Assembly (NCBI GenBank): GCA_039935515.1 | Contig: JBDTKD010000175.1 | Span: 1-37,117 of the forward strand | Length of the DNA stretch: 37,117 nt | Direction of reading: 5' to 3' | Source of the DNA: Bradyrhizobium sp. | GTDB lineage: Bacteria; Pseudomonadota; Alphaproteobacteria; Rhizobiales; Xanthobacteraceae | Shown: positions 8,369 through 17,816 of the stretch, piece after piece | Layout: each line of letters opens with the position of its first letter | Position numbering within the stretch: the first letter of the stretch is position 1 | Translations under genes and position numbers: made by a program | The notes under the pieces: model-generated | The model's input: the letters and a program-made list of their open reading frames with translations, nothing else | Database searches by the model: none | What the model was told of the DNA's origin: nothing

Positions 8369-10902
8369 AGTTGAGCGCTGCGTCAAAATACCAGCCATTG
8401 CTGCTGGCAAGCCTCGCGCTGATCGCGCTGCCGTTCGCCTTGCCGGCACTCGGGCTGTCGCTCAACACCGGAACCACGGTGGTGATATTCGCGATCGCGA
8501 CCATGGGCCTCAATCTGTGCGTCGGCACCACCGGGCTGGTGTCATTCGGCCACAGCATCTGGTTCGGCATCGGCGCCTATGCCGCCGGCTTGATCCAGCT
8601 GCACTGGTTCGGCGGCGAGATCTGGCTGCCGCTGCTGCTGTCGATGATCGTGGTCGCCGTGACGGCGGCGGTCGTTGGCGTGCTGATCCTGCGGCGCCGT
8701 GGCGTATATTTCTCGCTGCTGACGCTGGCACTGGCGGCGCTCGCCTACACCGTCGCGTTCCGCTGGAGCGAGGTCACGGGGGGCGAAGATGGCCTCGCCG
8801 GTCTGAAGCGCGGCCGGATCGGACCGTTCAGCCTCGACAATGCGCTCGCCTACTACATCGCGGTTGCGCTGATCGGGCTTGGCGTCCTTTATGTGCTGCT
8901 CCGGCTGGTGCGGTCGCCGTTCGGCCACGTGCTGGTGGCGATCCGCGAGAACCAGTTGCGGGCGACGTTCCAGGGTTATCCGGTCGAGCGCTACAAGCTC
9001 GCGGTGTTCGTGATCTCGGCCGTGGTCACCGGCCTCGCCGGCGCGCTGCTCGCATTCCAGACCTACCTGGTCTCGGCCGAAGCGGTATCGGTGTCGTTTT
9101 CCGGCGAACTGCTGGCAATGGTGGTGATCGGCGGCATGCGTAGCCTGCTGGGGCCGGCGCTAGGCGCGCTGTTCTTCATCCTGTTCCGTGAGCTGTTCTC
9201 GATCTGGACGCCGAACTGGCTGCTTTGGTTCGGGCTGATCTTCGTCGCCTTCGTGCTGTATTCACCCGCCGGCCTGGTCGGAATCTGGGCCGTGCTGCAA
9301 CGACGATTCTGGCCGGCGTCGGAAGAAGCGGCGGCGATGAGCCAGCGCAGGATCTACCAAGGCTTGCCGCTGCCTTCATTCCTGATCCCCGACAGCGCGA
9401 CCGGCACGGTGCTCGACGTCAGCGGCGTCTCGAAGAAGTTCGGCGGCATCCGCGCGGTCTCCGGCGCGAGCCTTCAGATTGGCGCCGGCGAGATCCATGC
9501 CCTGATCGGCCCCAACGGTGCCGGCAAGACCACCCTGTTCAACCTGATCTCCGGGCTGTTTGCGGCGGACGGCGGCACCATTCGCCTCAAGGGGCGCGAC
9601 ATCCAGGGCCTGCCGTCCGACCTGATCTGCCACCGCGGATTGGCACGTTCGTTCCAGATCACCAATCTTTTCCGCGGGCTGTCGATCTACGAGAATCTGC
9701 GGCTGTCATTGCAGGCGCAAACCACCATGCGTTTCAATCTCTGGCGCGACGTCGACAGCTATACGGACATCCAGACGGAGACAGCGGAATTGGTGAAATT
9801 CCTCGGGCTCGAGGGCATCGAGGCGATCGAGGGCGGGGATCTGTCCTATGGCGGTCAGCGGTTGGTGGATCTCGGCATCGCGCTCGGATCAAAGCCGCAA
9901 CTACTGCTGCTCGACGAGCCGCTCGCCGGACTTGCCGCTGCCGAGCGCGAACGCGTCTCCAGCCTGATCGAAAACGTCTCCGCACACATTCCGGTGCTGA
10001 TCGTCGAACATGACATCGATCGCGTGCTCGGGCTTTCGCAGGCCGTCACTGTCATGAACCAGGGCGAAGTGCTGATGACCGGCACGCCGGACGCGGTGCG
10101 TGCCGACCGCCGAGTGCAGGAAATCTATACCGGCAGCGGCATTCCCGAGGTCGAGCACAGCCGCACCGATGCGCCGAACCAGGCCGCCGCGCCAATCCTG
10201 CGCTTCGAGCGGGTCAACACGTTCTACGGCAAGAGCCATGTTCTGCACGACGCCACGCTCGACGTGCGCGAAGGCGAAATCATTGCGCTACTCGGGCGCA
10301 ACGGCGCCGGCAAATCGACCTTGCTGAAAACCCTGGCCGGGCTGGTACCGATGGCATCCGGCCTGATCGAATATGAAGGCAGCAATATCGCCGGAATGTC
10401 GGCGCCGGACATCGCGCGCCGGGGCATCGGCTACGTGCCGCAGGGCCGCGGCCTGTTCGCCGGCATGACGGTCAAGGAAAATCTCTCGCTCGGCCGGCTG
10501 GCGCGCAAGACCGACGGCAGCCACGGCGTGGTCTGGAGTGAAGAACAGATCTTCGAATATTTCCCTCGCCTCAAGGCGCGCATGGATATTGCGGCCGACT
10601 ATCTGTCCGGCGGTGAACAGCAGATGGTGGCGGTGGCGCGCGCGATGTCGGGGAACGTAAAGCTGCTGCTGCTGGATGAACCGTTCGAAGGCCTTGCGCC
10701 GGCGGTCATCCTCGAACTGTTCAGGGTGTTCGACCGGTTGCGCCGCCACACCTCGATTGTTATCGTGGAGCACAATCTCGACCTCGTGCTGGCGCTGGCC
10801 GACCGCGTGTTCGCACTGGAGCGCGGCGCGGTATTCCACCAGGGACCGGCGACGCCGCTCCTGACCGACCTCGAATATCGCAAGCGGATCCTGTGGCTGT
10901 GA
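8365..10902 (+). CDS. Fused Liv-type ABC permease and two ATPase domains (LivM-LivG-LivF)
   Basis: N-terminal LivM (GLVSFGH, TGGEDG, SPFG..AIRENQ), then NBD1 (GPNGAGKT, LSYG, LLLDEP) and NBD2 (GRNGAGKS, LSGGEQQ, LLLDEP) in a single 845-aa frame. Confidence 0.9.
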   Translation: MKLSAASKYQPLLLASLALIALPFALPALGLSLNTGTTVVIFAIATMGLNLCVGTTGLVSFGHSIWFGIGAYAAGLIQLHWFGGEIWLPLLLSMIVVAVTAAVVGVLILRRRGVYFSLLTLALAALAYTVAFRWSEVTGGEDGLAGLKRGRIGPFSLDNALAYYIAVALIGLGVLYVLLRLVRSPFGHVLVAIRENQLRATFQGYPVERYKLAVFVISAVVTGLAGALLAFQTYLVSAEAVSVSFSGELLAMVVIGGMRSLLGPALGALFFILFRELFSIWTPNWLLWFGLIFVAFVLYSPAGLVGIWAVLQRRFWPASEEAAAMSQRRIYQGLPLPSFLIPDSATGTVLDVSGVSKKFGGIRAVSGASLQIGAGEIHALIGPNGAGKTTLFNLISGLFAADGGTIRLKGRDIQGLPSDLICHRGLARSFQITNLFRGLSIYENLRLSLQAQTTMRFNLWRDVDSYTDIQTETAELVKFLGLEGIEAIEGGDLSYGGQRLVDLGIALGSKPQLLLLDEPLAGLAAAERERVSSLIENVSAHIPVLIVEHDIDRVLGLSQAVTVMNQGEVLMTGTPDAVRADRRVQEIYTGSGIPEVEHSRTDAPNQAAAPILRFERVNTFYGKSHVLHDATLDVREGEIIALLGRNGAGKSTLLKTLAGLVPMASGLIEYEGSNIAGMSAPDIARRGIGYVPQGRGLFAGMTVKENLSLGRLARKTDGSHGVVWSEEQIFEYFPRLKARMDIAADYLSGGEQQMVAVARAMSGNVKLLLLDEPFEGLAPAVILELFRVFDRLRRHTSIVIVEHNLDLVLALADRVFALERGAVFHQGPATPLLTDLEYRKRILWL

Positions 10903-10922
10903 GGTCGCGACGGCTCTCGGAT

Positions 10923-11070
10923 CTCGTGGTTCGAGACGCGCGAAGACGCGCACCTCACCATGAGGGTTTGGTAGGACCCCGGATCTCGTCCTGATGAGGA
11001 GGCGCCAACGGGTCCGCGCAAGAAGCGGCCCGATGATAAGCTCCGCGCGATCTCGGAGGATGAAGCCACG
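10923..11070. repeat. REP-like family A inverted doublet, second unit carrying a ~40-bp nested hairpin insert
   Basis: ctcgtggttcgagacgcg..cctcaccatgaggg (10923-10966) and degenerate ctcgtcctgatgaggag..[insert]..tctcggaggatgaagccacg (10985-11070). Convergent junction. Confidence 0.85.
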
Positions 11071-11143
11071 ACAACTGCTGGCCTGTCGGGGAGAGCTGTA
11101 CGGAACCTGCGGAATCGACCGGTTTAACCAAAGTCATCCCGCC

Positions 11144-13186
11144 TTAGTGCATTCCGAGCGCCGTTGGCAGCCAGAGCGTCAGGCCCGGCCAATAGGTGAC
11201 GATGACAAGAAACACCAGCATCGTGAGCAGCCACGGCATCACGGCCATGGCCAAATCGGTGATCCGCATGCCGGCAATCATCGAGGCGACATAAAGATTG
11301 AGGCCGACCGGCGGGTGACACAGGCCGACCTCCATATTGACGTCGATCACGATGCCGAAATGGACCAGATCGATGCCGAGCCGTTTTGCGGCCGGCGCCA
11401 GGATCGGCGCCATGATCAGGATGATCGATGTCGGCTCCATGAAATTGCCGGCCAGCAACAGCAATACGTTGACGAGCAGAAGGAAACCGACCCAGCCGAG
11501 GTCCTGCGCGGTGATCCAGTCGGCAAGCGCCGATGGAATATTTTCGTTGCTGAGAACAAACGAAAACAACACGGCATTGGTCACGATATAGAGCAGCATC
11601 GCGCTGGTGTTGGCCGCTCGCAGCAAGACGCGCGGCACGTCCTTGAACTTGAGCGCCTTGTAAACGAAGACCGATATGAAGAATGAATAGACGGCGGCCA
11701 TGGCGGCGGCCTCCGTTGCGGTGAACAGGCCGCTATAGATGCCGCCGATGATGATGACGACCAGCAACAGGCCCCAGATGCTCTGCTGGAACGCCTGCCA
11801 GGTCTCGAACCAACTCGCTTTCTTCATCCGCGGATAATTCCGTTTCCTCGCGATGTACCATGTCACCACGCACAGCATGAAGGTCAGCAGAATGCCGGGC
11901 AGCAAGCCCGCCACAAACAGCGCGCCGATCGATGTGTTGGTGGAGATCGCGTAGATGATCTTCGGAATCGACGGCAGCATCAGGATTCCCAGCGAGCCCG
12001 CGACCGTGATTATCCCGGCGCCAAATCGCATCGGATAACCGTTTCTGACCATTTCGGGCAGCACAATCGCTCCGACAGCGGCCACGGTGGCGACGCTCGA
12101 GCCACAAACCAGTGCAAACATGGAACATGCGGCGATTCCGGCAAGTCCCAGTCCGCCATGCCAGTGCCCGATGAGGGATGTCGCGAAGTTGATCATTCGT
12201 CGCGCAACGCCGCCATGGGTCAGAAAATTGCCGGCCAGGATAAAGAACGGGATCGCCATGATCTCGAAGCTCTCGATACCGGTGAACAGTTTCATCGATA
12301 CCGCTTCGATTGGAACCGCGGTCAGCGTGAACAGGAACGTCAGCACCGTAAGGCCAAGCGCGATCGAAACCGGGATGCCGGTCAGCATCAGCGCGATCAG
12401 CAGCGCAAAGATGGTGATCGCACGCAAAACCTGCGGCAGGACGATGATGCCGGCCTTCTCGCCGAGGCAGACCGTCAGGATCAGGATGGGCGCCATGATC
12501 AGGATCAGCCCGAGCGGGCTCGCCTCGCGGCTCGATGCTTCCGCGGGATCAGCCGGCGCCGGATGCAGTGCCGGAGCGGTCACTTCGACGCCCTCGACCT
12601 GCGCTTCATTGTGGTGCGGCAGATCGCCGGTCCAGTAATAGTGCCAGCCAACCTGGAGAAAGCGGAAACACATCAGGCCCGAGCCGAGCGGAATCGCGAG
12701 ATAGACGATCCACATCGGTGCTTCGAGATCGTTCGATTGCTGACCGGTCCTGAACATCTCCGTGACGAACGAGCCGCCGAACGTCGCAATCATTCCGGTG
12801 AAGAATGCGCCGCACAGCAGGCTGAACAGGATCACCTGCTTGCGCGAATGCGCCGGAACCCGGTTGACGAGCAGGTCGACGCCGACATGGATGCCGGTGC
12901 GCACGCCGTAGGCGGCGCCGAACTTGGCCATCCAGATGAACATGTAGATGCAGAGTTCCTGCGCCCAGGAGAGATCGCGGGCGGCAAGCCACAGATAGAT
13001 GTCCTTGAAAACAGCGGGCAGCAGCGGCAACCCCCGCGCGGCCGCCCATTTCGACAGGTCGATCGAAAGGCCGGTCCCGTAACGATGCAATACCGCGACG
13101 AAGATCAGCGCGGTCGCCGCCGCGATCAAGCTGGCGATCAGCCACTCTTCGAGATGATCGAGCGCTCGCCCGAGCACTTTAAGCAC
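11144..13186 (-). CDS. dctM: TRAP transporter fused small and large permease (DctQ-DctM)
   Basis: DctQ motifs (LEEWL, WAQEL, HVGVD) followed by DctM motifs (AIPFFILAG, GSSVAT, FTATEAA, HPPVGLNL). GTG start after GGGGGA. 680 aa. Confidence 0.9.
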   Translation of the reverse strand: MLKVLGRALDHLEEWLIASLIAAATALIFVAVLHRYGTGLSIDLSKWAAARGLPLLPAVFKDIYLWLAARDLSWAQELCIYMFIWMAKFGAAYGVRTGIHVGVDLLVNRVPAHSRKQVILFSLLCGAFFTGMIATFGGSFVTEMFRTGQQSNDLEAPMWIVYLAIPLGSGLMCFRFLQVGWHYYWTGDLPHHNEAQVEGVEVTAPALHPAPADPAEASSREASPLGLILIMAPILILTVCLGEKAGIIVLPQVLRAITIFALLIALMLTGIPVSIALGLTVLTFLFTLTAVPIEAVSMKLFTGIESFEIMAIPFFILAGNFLTHGGVARRMINFATSLIGHWHGGLGLAGIAACSMFALVCGSSVATVAAVGAIVLPEMVRNGYPMRFGAGIITVAGSLGILMLPSIPKIIYAISTNTSIGALFVAGLLPGILLTFMLCVVTWYIARKRNYPRMKKASWFETWQAFQQSIWGLLLVVIIIGGIYSGLFTATEAAAMAAVYSFFISVFVYKALKFKDVPRVLLRAANTSAMLLYIVTNAVLFSFVLSNENIPSALADWITAQDLGWVGFLLLVNVLLLLAGNFMEPTSIILIMAPILAPAAKRLGIDLVHFGIVIDVNMEVGLCHPPVGLNLYVASMIAGMRITDLAMAVMPWLLTMLVFLVIVTYWPGLTLWLPTALGMH

Positions 13187-13204
13187 GCAAATCCCCCCAT
13201 CGCG

Positions 13205-13235
13205 AAACGGCCGGGAGTGCGCTCACTCCCAGCCG
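13205..13235 (-). terminator. Intercistronic stem-loop between dctP and dctQM
   Basis: cggc-c-gggagtg-cgct-cactccc-a-gccg hairpin, followed by TTT on the minus strand. Confidence 0.45.
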
Positions 13236-13265
13236 CCGTCTTGCCGTACCGCCAGAACCAGGCCG

Positions 13266-14267
13266 TCAGTTCATCTTGATGTTGAGTTCCTTGCCCAAGA
13301 GATCAAGAACCTCCTGCCCGACGCGGCCCTTGGCCCACCCATAAGTCGGCCGCATGGCCGTCTGCCAGGCCGTGCGTTGATCGTCTGTCAGATAATGCAG
13401 GGACGTTTTGCCCGATTTCTTGATCTCGGCCAGCGCATCTTCATTTTCCTTGACCGCGATCGAGTTGGTGTAGTCGGTCGCTTCGTCCATGGCCTTGTCG
13501 AGTTGCTTCCGGATATCGTCCGGCAGCCCATTCCAGAACTTGGAGTTCACGATCACGGCGTATTGCAGGTGGGCATGATTGGAAACCGTGATGTCCTTTT
13601 GCACTTCGTGGAATTTCTGCGTCAGATAGTTCGACGGCGTATTCTCGCAGCCATCGACCACGCCGGTCTGCAGTGCCTGATAGACTTCCGAGAACGCCAT
13701 GATCTGCGGGATCGAGCCGAGGTCGCGGAAATACCGGTCGGCAATCTTGGAGCCGGAGATGCGAATCTTGAGTCCCTGAAAATCGGCTGGCATCAACAGC
13801 GGACGATTGGCGGAGGTCATGTGGAAGCCGTTGTCCCAATAGGCAAGGCCGGTGATACCCTTGGCCTCCAGCTTCTGAAACAGCCACTTGCCAACCGGGC
13901 CCTTCATGGCCACGGCATAGGTCGCTTCATCCTTGAACAGCCAGGGCAGATCGAGCGCCTCGAATTCCTTTACGCCGAGCGGCGCGAATTTCGCGGTCGA
14001 AGGCGCAAGCATCTGAACCGAGCCGAGTTGCAAGGCCTCGATCTCCTCCTTGTCCTTGTAAAGCGAGGAGTTGGGATAAACCTCGACCTTGACCTTGCCG
14101 TTGGTGTATTTCTCGGCCAGTTCCTTGAACTTCAGCGCGCCCTTGCCCTTGGGCGTGTCATTGGCGACAACATGGCTGAACTTGATAACGATCGGCGCCT
14201 GCGCCATGGCGGCACCTGGAGCCAGAAAAACGGCGGCCGCCGCCGCCGCAAGAATCAACTTAACCAT
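13266..14267 (-). CDS. dctP: TRAP transporter substrate-binding protein, C4-dicarboxylate-binding-like
   Basis: RBS GGAGGA, signal peptide, IKFSHVVANDTPKGKGA, YWDNGF, GLKIRI, FSEVYQALQTGVVDG. 333 aa. Confidence 0.92.
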   Translation of the reverse strand: MVKLILAAAAAAVFLAPGAAMAQAPIVIKFSHVVANDTPKGKGALKFKELAEKYTNGKVKVEVYPNSSLYKDKEEIEALQLGSVQMLAPSTAKFAPLGVKEFEALDLPWLFKDEATYAVAMKGPVGKWLFQKLEAKGITGLAYWDNGFHMTSANRPLLMPADFQGLKIRISGSKIADRYFRDLGSIPQIMAFSEVYQALQTGVVDGCENTPSNYLTQKFHEVQKDITVSNHAHLQYAVIVNSKFWNGLPDDIRKQLDKAMDEATDYTNSIAVKENEDALAEIKKSGKTSLHYLTDDQRTAWQTAMRPTYGWAKGRVGQEVLDLLGKELNIKMN

Positions 14268-14490
14268 GCGCTTTCCTCCCAAAATCCGCGGATTTCTTGT
14301 TCTTGGTCTTTCCGGTTTTCACCAATGGCAGCAAATCGTTGCCCGAACAACTAGACCTAAGCCGAACCCGCCGGGCCCCGCCAGCGGACGGATTGACGCG
14401 TTTTGGCAGCCCGCCGGCATCGCGAAGCGAAGCTAGATCAGGTCGACCCGACCAACCCGCATTTCGTCAACAAAAAGAAGGGTTTCGAAC

Positions 14491-15243
14491 ATGGAGCTCG
14501 ATCTCAAGTCCAGGACCGCCCTCGTCAGCGGGGCCAGCATCGGAATTGGGCGCGCCATCGCCAAGGGGCTCGCGCGGGAGGGAGTACGCGTCGTCGCGGT
14601 GGCGAGGCGGAAGGATCTGCTTGAGAAGCTTGCGCAGGAATCCCGGATTGCAGACGGCGGCACCATCATCCCGGTCGTGCAGGACCTCATGCAGGAGGAC
14701 GCCGCAAGAAAGCTGGCCGCCGCCGCGGTCGACCAACTCGGTCACGTCGACATATTGGTCAATAATGCGGGCGGCAGCCGGCCTTTGCCGGTGGATGCAC
14801 CCGATAGCGATTGGGACGAAGCGATCGCGTTGAACTTTACCCGCTACAGGCAGGTCACTCACGCCCTGTTGCCGCAAATGATCGAGCGCAGGTGGGGCCG
14901 CATCATCAATATAACCGGGAAGTCCGAACCTGAGGGGCTCAACGCGGCATTTTCGGCGAAAGCTGCGGTTCATGCCTGGGCGAAGGGATTGTCGCGCGAG
15001 ATCGGACGGCACGGCATTACTGTCAACTGCATTCCGCCCGGCCGCATCATGAGCGAGCAGATTCGCCGCAATTATCCGGAAGACTATCGAACGCGCTTTG
15101 CCGAGGAGGAGATTCCGGTCGGCTATTGGGGTGAGCCAGAGGACCTCGCAGCTCTGGCGGTGTTCCTGGCCTCGCCGGTGGCGCGCTATATCACCGGTGC
15201 GGTGATTCCGGTCGATGGCGGCCTTCGCCGGTATCAATTCTAG
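14491..15243 (+). CDS. Short-chain dehydrogenase/reductase (FabG-like)
   Basis: SGASIGIG Rossmann motif, LVNNAG, ITGAVIPVDGG. The YxxxK position reads FSAK, so the active site is atypical. Confidence 0.85.
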   Translation: MELDLKSRTALVSGASIGIGRAIAKGLAREGVRVVAVARRKDLLEKLAQESRIADGGTIIPVVQDLMQEDAARKLAAAAVDQLGHVDILVNNAGGSRPLPVDAPDSDWDEAIALNFTRYRQVTHALLPQMIERRWGRIINITGKSEPEGLNAAFSAKAAVHAWAKGLSREIGRHGITVNCIPPGRIMSEQIRRNYPEDYRTRFAEEEIPVGYWGEPEDLAALAVFLASPVARYITGAVIPVDGGLRRYQF

Positions 15244-15251
15244 ATCAAGCC

Positions 15252-15439
15252 CGTGGCTTCATCCTTCGAGACGCGCGCAAGAGCGCGCTCCTCAGGATGA
15301 GGTCTTTCGCCGACCCTCTTGGTGAGGAGCGCGGCAACGCCGCGCGTCTCGAACCACGAGGCCGCGGTAGCGTGGCTTCATCCTTCGAGAAGCGCTTCGC
15401 GCCTCCTCAGGATGCCAGACCCTCATGGGGAGCGCGGCA
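15252..15439. repeat. REP-like family A array: three units plus a truncated fourth overlapping the RidA 3' end
   Basis: Units at 15252-15302, 15315-15363 and 15371-15414 alternate in orientation. Remnant agaccctcatgg-ggagcgcggca at 15417-15439. Convergent junction. Confidence 0.9.
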
Positions 15440-15878
15440 CCACGGCGGTCGCTTCGATCTCGACCCGCGCGGCTTTTTCTACCAGACGCACGACCTGAAC
15501 CAGCGCCATTGCGGGATAATGCGTCCCGAAGATATCGCGATAGACCTGCCCGAGGCTTTTCAGGTTCGCCAGATATTCGTCCATGTCGACGACATACCAG
15601 GTGAGACGAACCAGATGTTCGGGCCGGGCGCCGCCTTCCGCCAGAACGGCCGCAATGTTGCTCAGGGTCTGGCGGACCTGCGCGACAAAGTCGGATGGCA
15701 AATCACCCTGGCTATTCCAGCCGATCACGCCCCCGGTCACCACGAGACGTCCGTCGGCGGCCACGCCGTTGGCGTATCCCTTCGGGGCTGGCCAGCCGCC
15801 GGGCTGCAGAATCTGCGGGCCGGCGGACGTTTCGCCGTTCGCAGCCACCGCGAGGGCGGGCGCATTGGACGTAGTCAC
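15423..15878 (-). CDS. RidA/YjgF/UK114 family protein
   Basis: GTG start after GGAGAA. PKGYANG, YPAMALVQV, VEIEATA motifs. 151 aa. A typical member of abm clusters. Confidence 0.88.
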   Translation of the reverse strand: MTTSNAPALAVAANGETSAGPQILQPGGWPAPKGYANGVAADGRLVVTGGVIGWNSQGDLPSDFVAQVRQTLSNIAAVLAEGGARPEHLVRLTWYVVDMDEYLANLKSLGQVYRDIFGTHYPAMALVQVVRLVEKAARVEIEATAVVPRSP

Positions 15879-15906
15879 AAACGGTTCTCCGTCATTTCGG
15901 TTGGAA

Positions 15907-17592
15907 TCATTCCGCGGCCAAATGCGAGGAGGACGCGCCGGCCTGGGCCATCTGCCGCAGGGCAAATCGCTTCAGCTTGCCGGTTTCCGTCTTGGGCAGC
16001 TGCGCGACGAATTCGATCGCCCGCGGATATTTATACGGCGCGATCTCGCGCTTGACGTGGTCCTGCAACGCTGTCACCAGCGCGGCATCGCCGGTGATTT
16101 CGGGCGCCAGCACCACATAGGCCTTGACGATCATACCGCGCGCATCATCGGGCGCGCCGACGACGCCGCATTCGGCCACCGCGGGATGCGTGAGCAAGGC
16201 AGCCTCGACGTCGGGGCCGGCGATATTGTAACCGGACGAGATAATCATGTCGTCCGATCGGGCGACGAATGACAGGCGGCCCTGCTGGTCGCGGAGGAAT
16301 GCATCGCCAGTCAGATTCCAGCCGTCGCGCACATAGTTCGACTGCCGCGAATCGGCGAGATAGCGGCACCCGGTGGGCCCGCGAACCGCAAGCCGGCCGA
16401 CGGTGCCGGGCGGCAATTCGTTCATGTCCTGGTCGACGATCTTAGCCTCGTAACCGGAAACCGGGCGCCCCGTCGTGCCCGCGGCGGCCTCGCCTGGGCG
16501 GTTGGTAACGAAGATATGCAGCAATTCAGTGCTGCCGATGCCATCCAGAATGGTCTTGCCCGTCTTTCGGGTCCAGCTTTCGAAAACCGGCGCCGGCAAG
16601 GTCTCGCCGGCCGAAACCGCAAGGCGCAGCGACGACAGATCGGCGCCCTTGTCCATCGCCGCCATCATCGCCCGATACGCGGTCGGCGAGGTAAAGCAAA
16701 TCGTGGCCTTGTAGGTCTCGATGATCTTGACCATCTCGCCGGGCGCCGCGTTTTCCAGCAGCGTCGCGGTGGCGCCGAACCGCAACGGAAAGATCGCGAG
16801 ACCGCCAAGCCCGAACGTAAAGGCCAGTGGCGGCGAGCCGACGAAGACGTCATCCGGCGTAACGTTGAGGACTTCCCGCGCATAGCCGTCGGCGACGATC
16901 AGGAGATCGCGATGGAAGTGCATCGTCGCCTTTGGCTCTCCCGTGGTGCCCGAGGTGAATCCCAGCAGTGCCACATCGTCGCGGCCGGTCTTGACCGCCT
17001 CGAACCGCACCGGCTTGTTCAGCGCCACCCGGTCGAGCTCGGCGTCATGGTTCGACGTGCCGTCGAAATTCACCACCTGTTTGAGATATCGGCTGGTCTT
17101 CGCGCATGCAACCAGTTCGTCGGCGATGCGGCTGTCGGTCAGCGCAAGCCCGATCTCCGCCTTGTCGACGATCTTGCTCAGTTCGCCGGCGCGCAGCATC
17201 GGCATGGTATTGACGACGACGGCCCCCGCTTTGGTTGCCGCAAGCCAGGCCGCGACCAAAGCGGGATTGTTGCCGGACCGTATCAGAACGCGGTTGCCGG
17301 GCTTGACGCCGTAATTCTCCACCAGGGCATGCGCGAGGCGGTTCGACCAGTCCGCCAACTCCTTGTAGGTGCGCTGGCGGCCATTGCCGATCAGCGCGGT
17401 ACGGTCGCCGAGCCCCTTGTCGACGATCCGGTCGGTCAGTTCGACCGCAGCGTTGAGATATTCCGGATATTGAAACTCCGGCCGGTCGAGCAGCATTCGC
17501 GGCCATTGCTCGAACGGCGGAAGATTTCGCCGCGCAAAATCATCGACGTGACCCGATGGGCCAAGGCTGGGAATTGCACCCGACATCTCCAT
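15907..17592 (-). CDS. abmG: 2-aminobenzoate/benzoate-CoA ligase family (AbmG-like)
   Basis: SGHVDDFARRNLPP N-terminus, FTSGTTGEPK AMP-binding loop, DGIGSTELLHIF, terminal PKTETGK. Lies in an abm-type cluster. Confidence 0.85.
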   Translation of the reverse strand: MEMSGAIPSLGPSGHVDDFARRNLPPFEQWPRMLLDRPEFQYPEYLNAAVELTDRIVDKGLGDRTALIGNGRQRTYKELADWSNRLAHALVENYGVKPGNRVLIRSGNNPALVAAWLAATKAGAVVVNTMPMLRAGELSKIVDKAEIGLALTDSRIADELVACAKTSRYLKQVVNFDGTSNHDAELDRVALNKPVRFEAVKTGRDDVALLGFTSGTTGEPKATMHFHRDLLIVADGYAREVLNVTPDDVFVGSPPLAFTFGLGGLAIFPLRFGATATLLENAAPGEMVKIIETYKATICFTSPTAYRAMMAAMDKGADLSSLRLAVSAGETLPAPVFESWTRKTGKTILDGIGSTELLHIFVTNRPGEAAAGTTGRPVSGYEAKIVDQDMNELPPGTVGRLAVRGPTGCRYLADSRQSNYVRDGWNLTGDAFLRDQQGRLSFVARSDDMIISSGYNIAGPDVEAALLTHPAVAECGVVGAPDDARGMIVKAYVVLAPEITGDAALVTALQDHVKREIAPYKYPRAIEFVAQLPKTETGKLKRFALRQMAQAGASSSHLAAE

Positions 17593-17648
17593 CGTCCCTC
17601 GTTTGACAAAGTCTCAACGCCGCCGTCCGGCAACGCCTTCGCAAACGT

Positions 17649-17660
17649 TTTATACTTAAA
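17649..17660. promoter_or_regulatory. Candidate MarR operator, site 1 (TTTA-TACT-TAAA)
   Basis: Palindromic 12-mer with AT-rich flanks upstream of the CoA ligase. The motif recurs in four other promoter regions. Confidence 0.6.
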
Positions 17661-17711
17661 GTAATTTGGCGCAATAGCTCAAATCCGGGCCGTCCGGCAC
17701 TTTTTTGAAGC

Positions 17712-17816
17712 CTATAGCGTTTTCGAGCGAAGTGGGTACCGGTTCGCGTGAAGAAACGCGTCAAAACAAGAAACTAAAGCCCGGTTCTGATTCAATCAGA
17801 ACCGAACAGGCTTTAG
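17712..17816. repeat. RIME/Bru-RS-like ~105-bp intergenic mosaic element
   Basis: ctatagcgttttcgagcgaagtgggtaccggttcgcgtgaagaaacgcgtcaaaacaagaaa followed by a ctaaagc..cggttctgatt-c-aatcagaaccg..gctttag hairpin. Modules are bounded by CTA(T/A)AGC. Family recognised from memory, single copy in this window. Confidence 0.7.

Noticed and set aside
14326-14345. Possible sigma54 promoter upstream of dctP or the SDR (tggcagcaaatcgttgcccg)
   Set aside because: The plus strand gives GG-N12-GC. The minus strand fits GG-N10-GC only with a non-consensus CGGGCA -24 box. Too weak to call.
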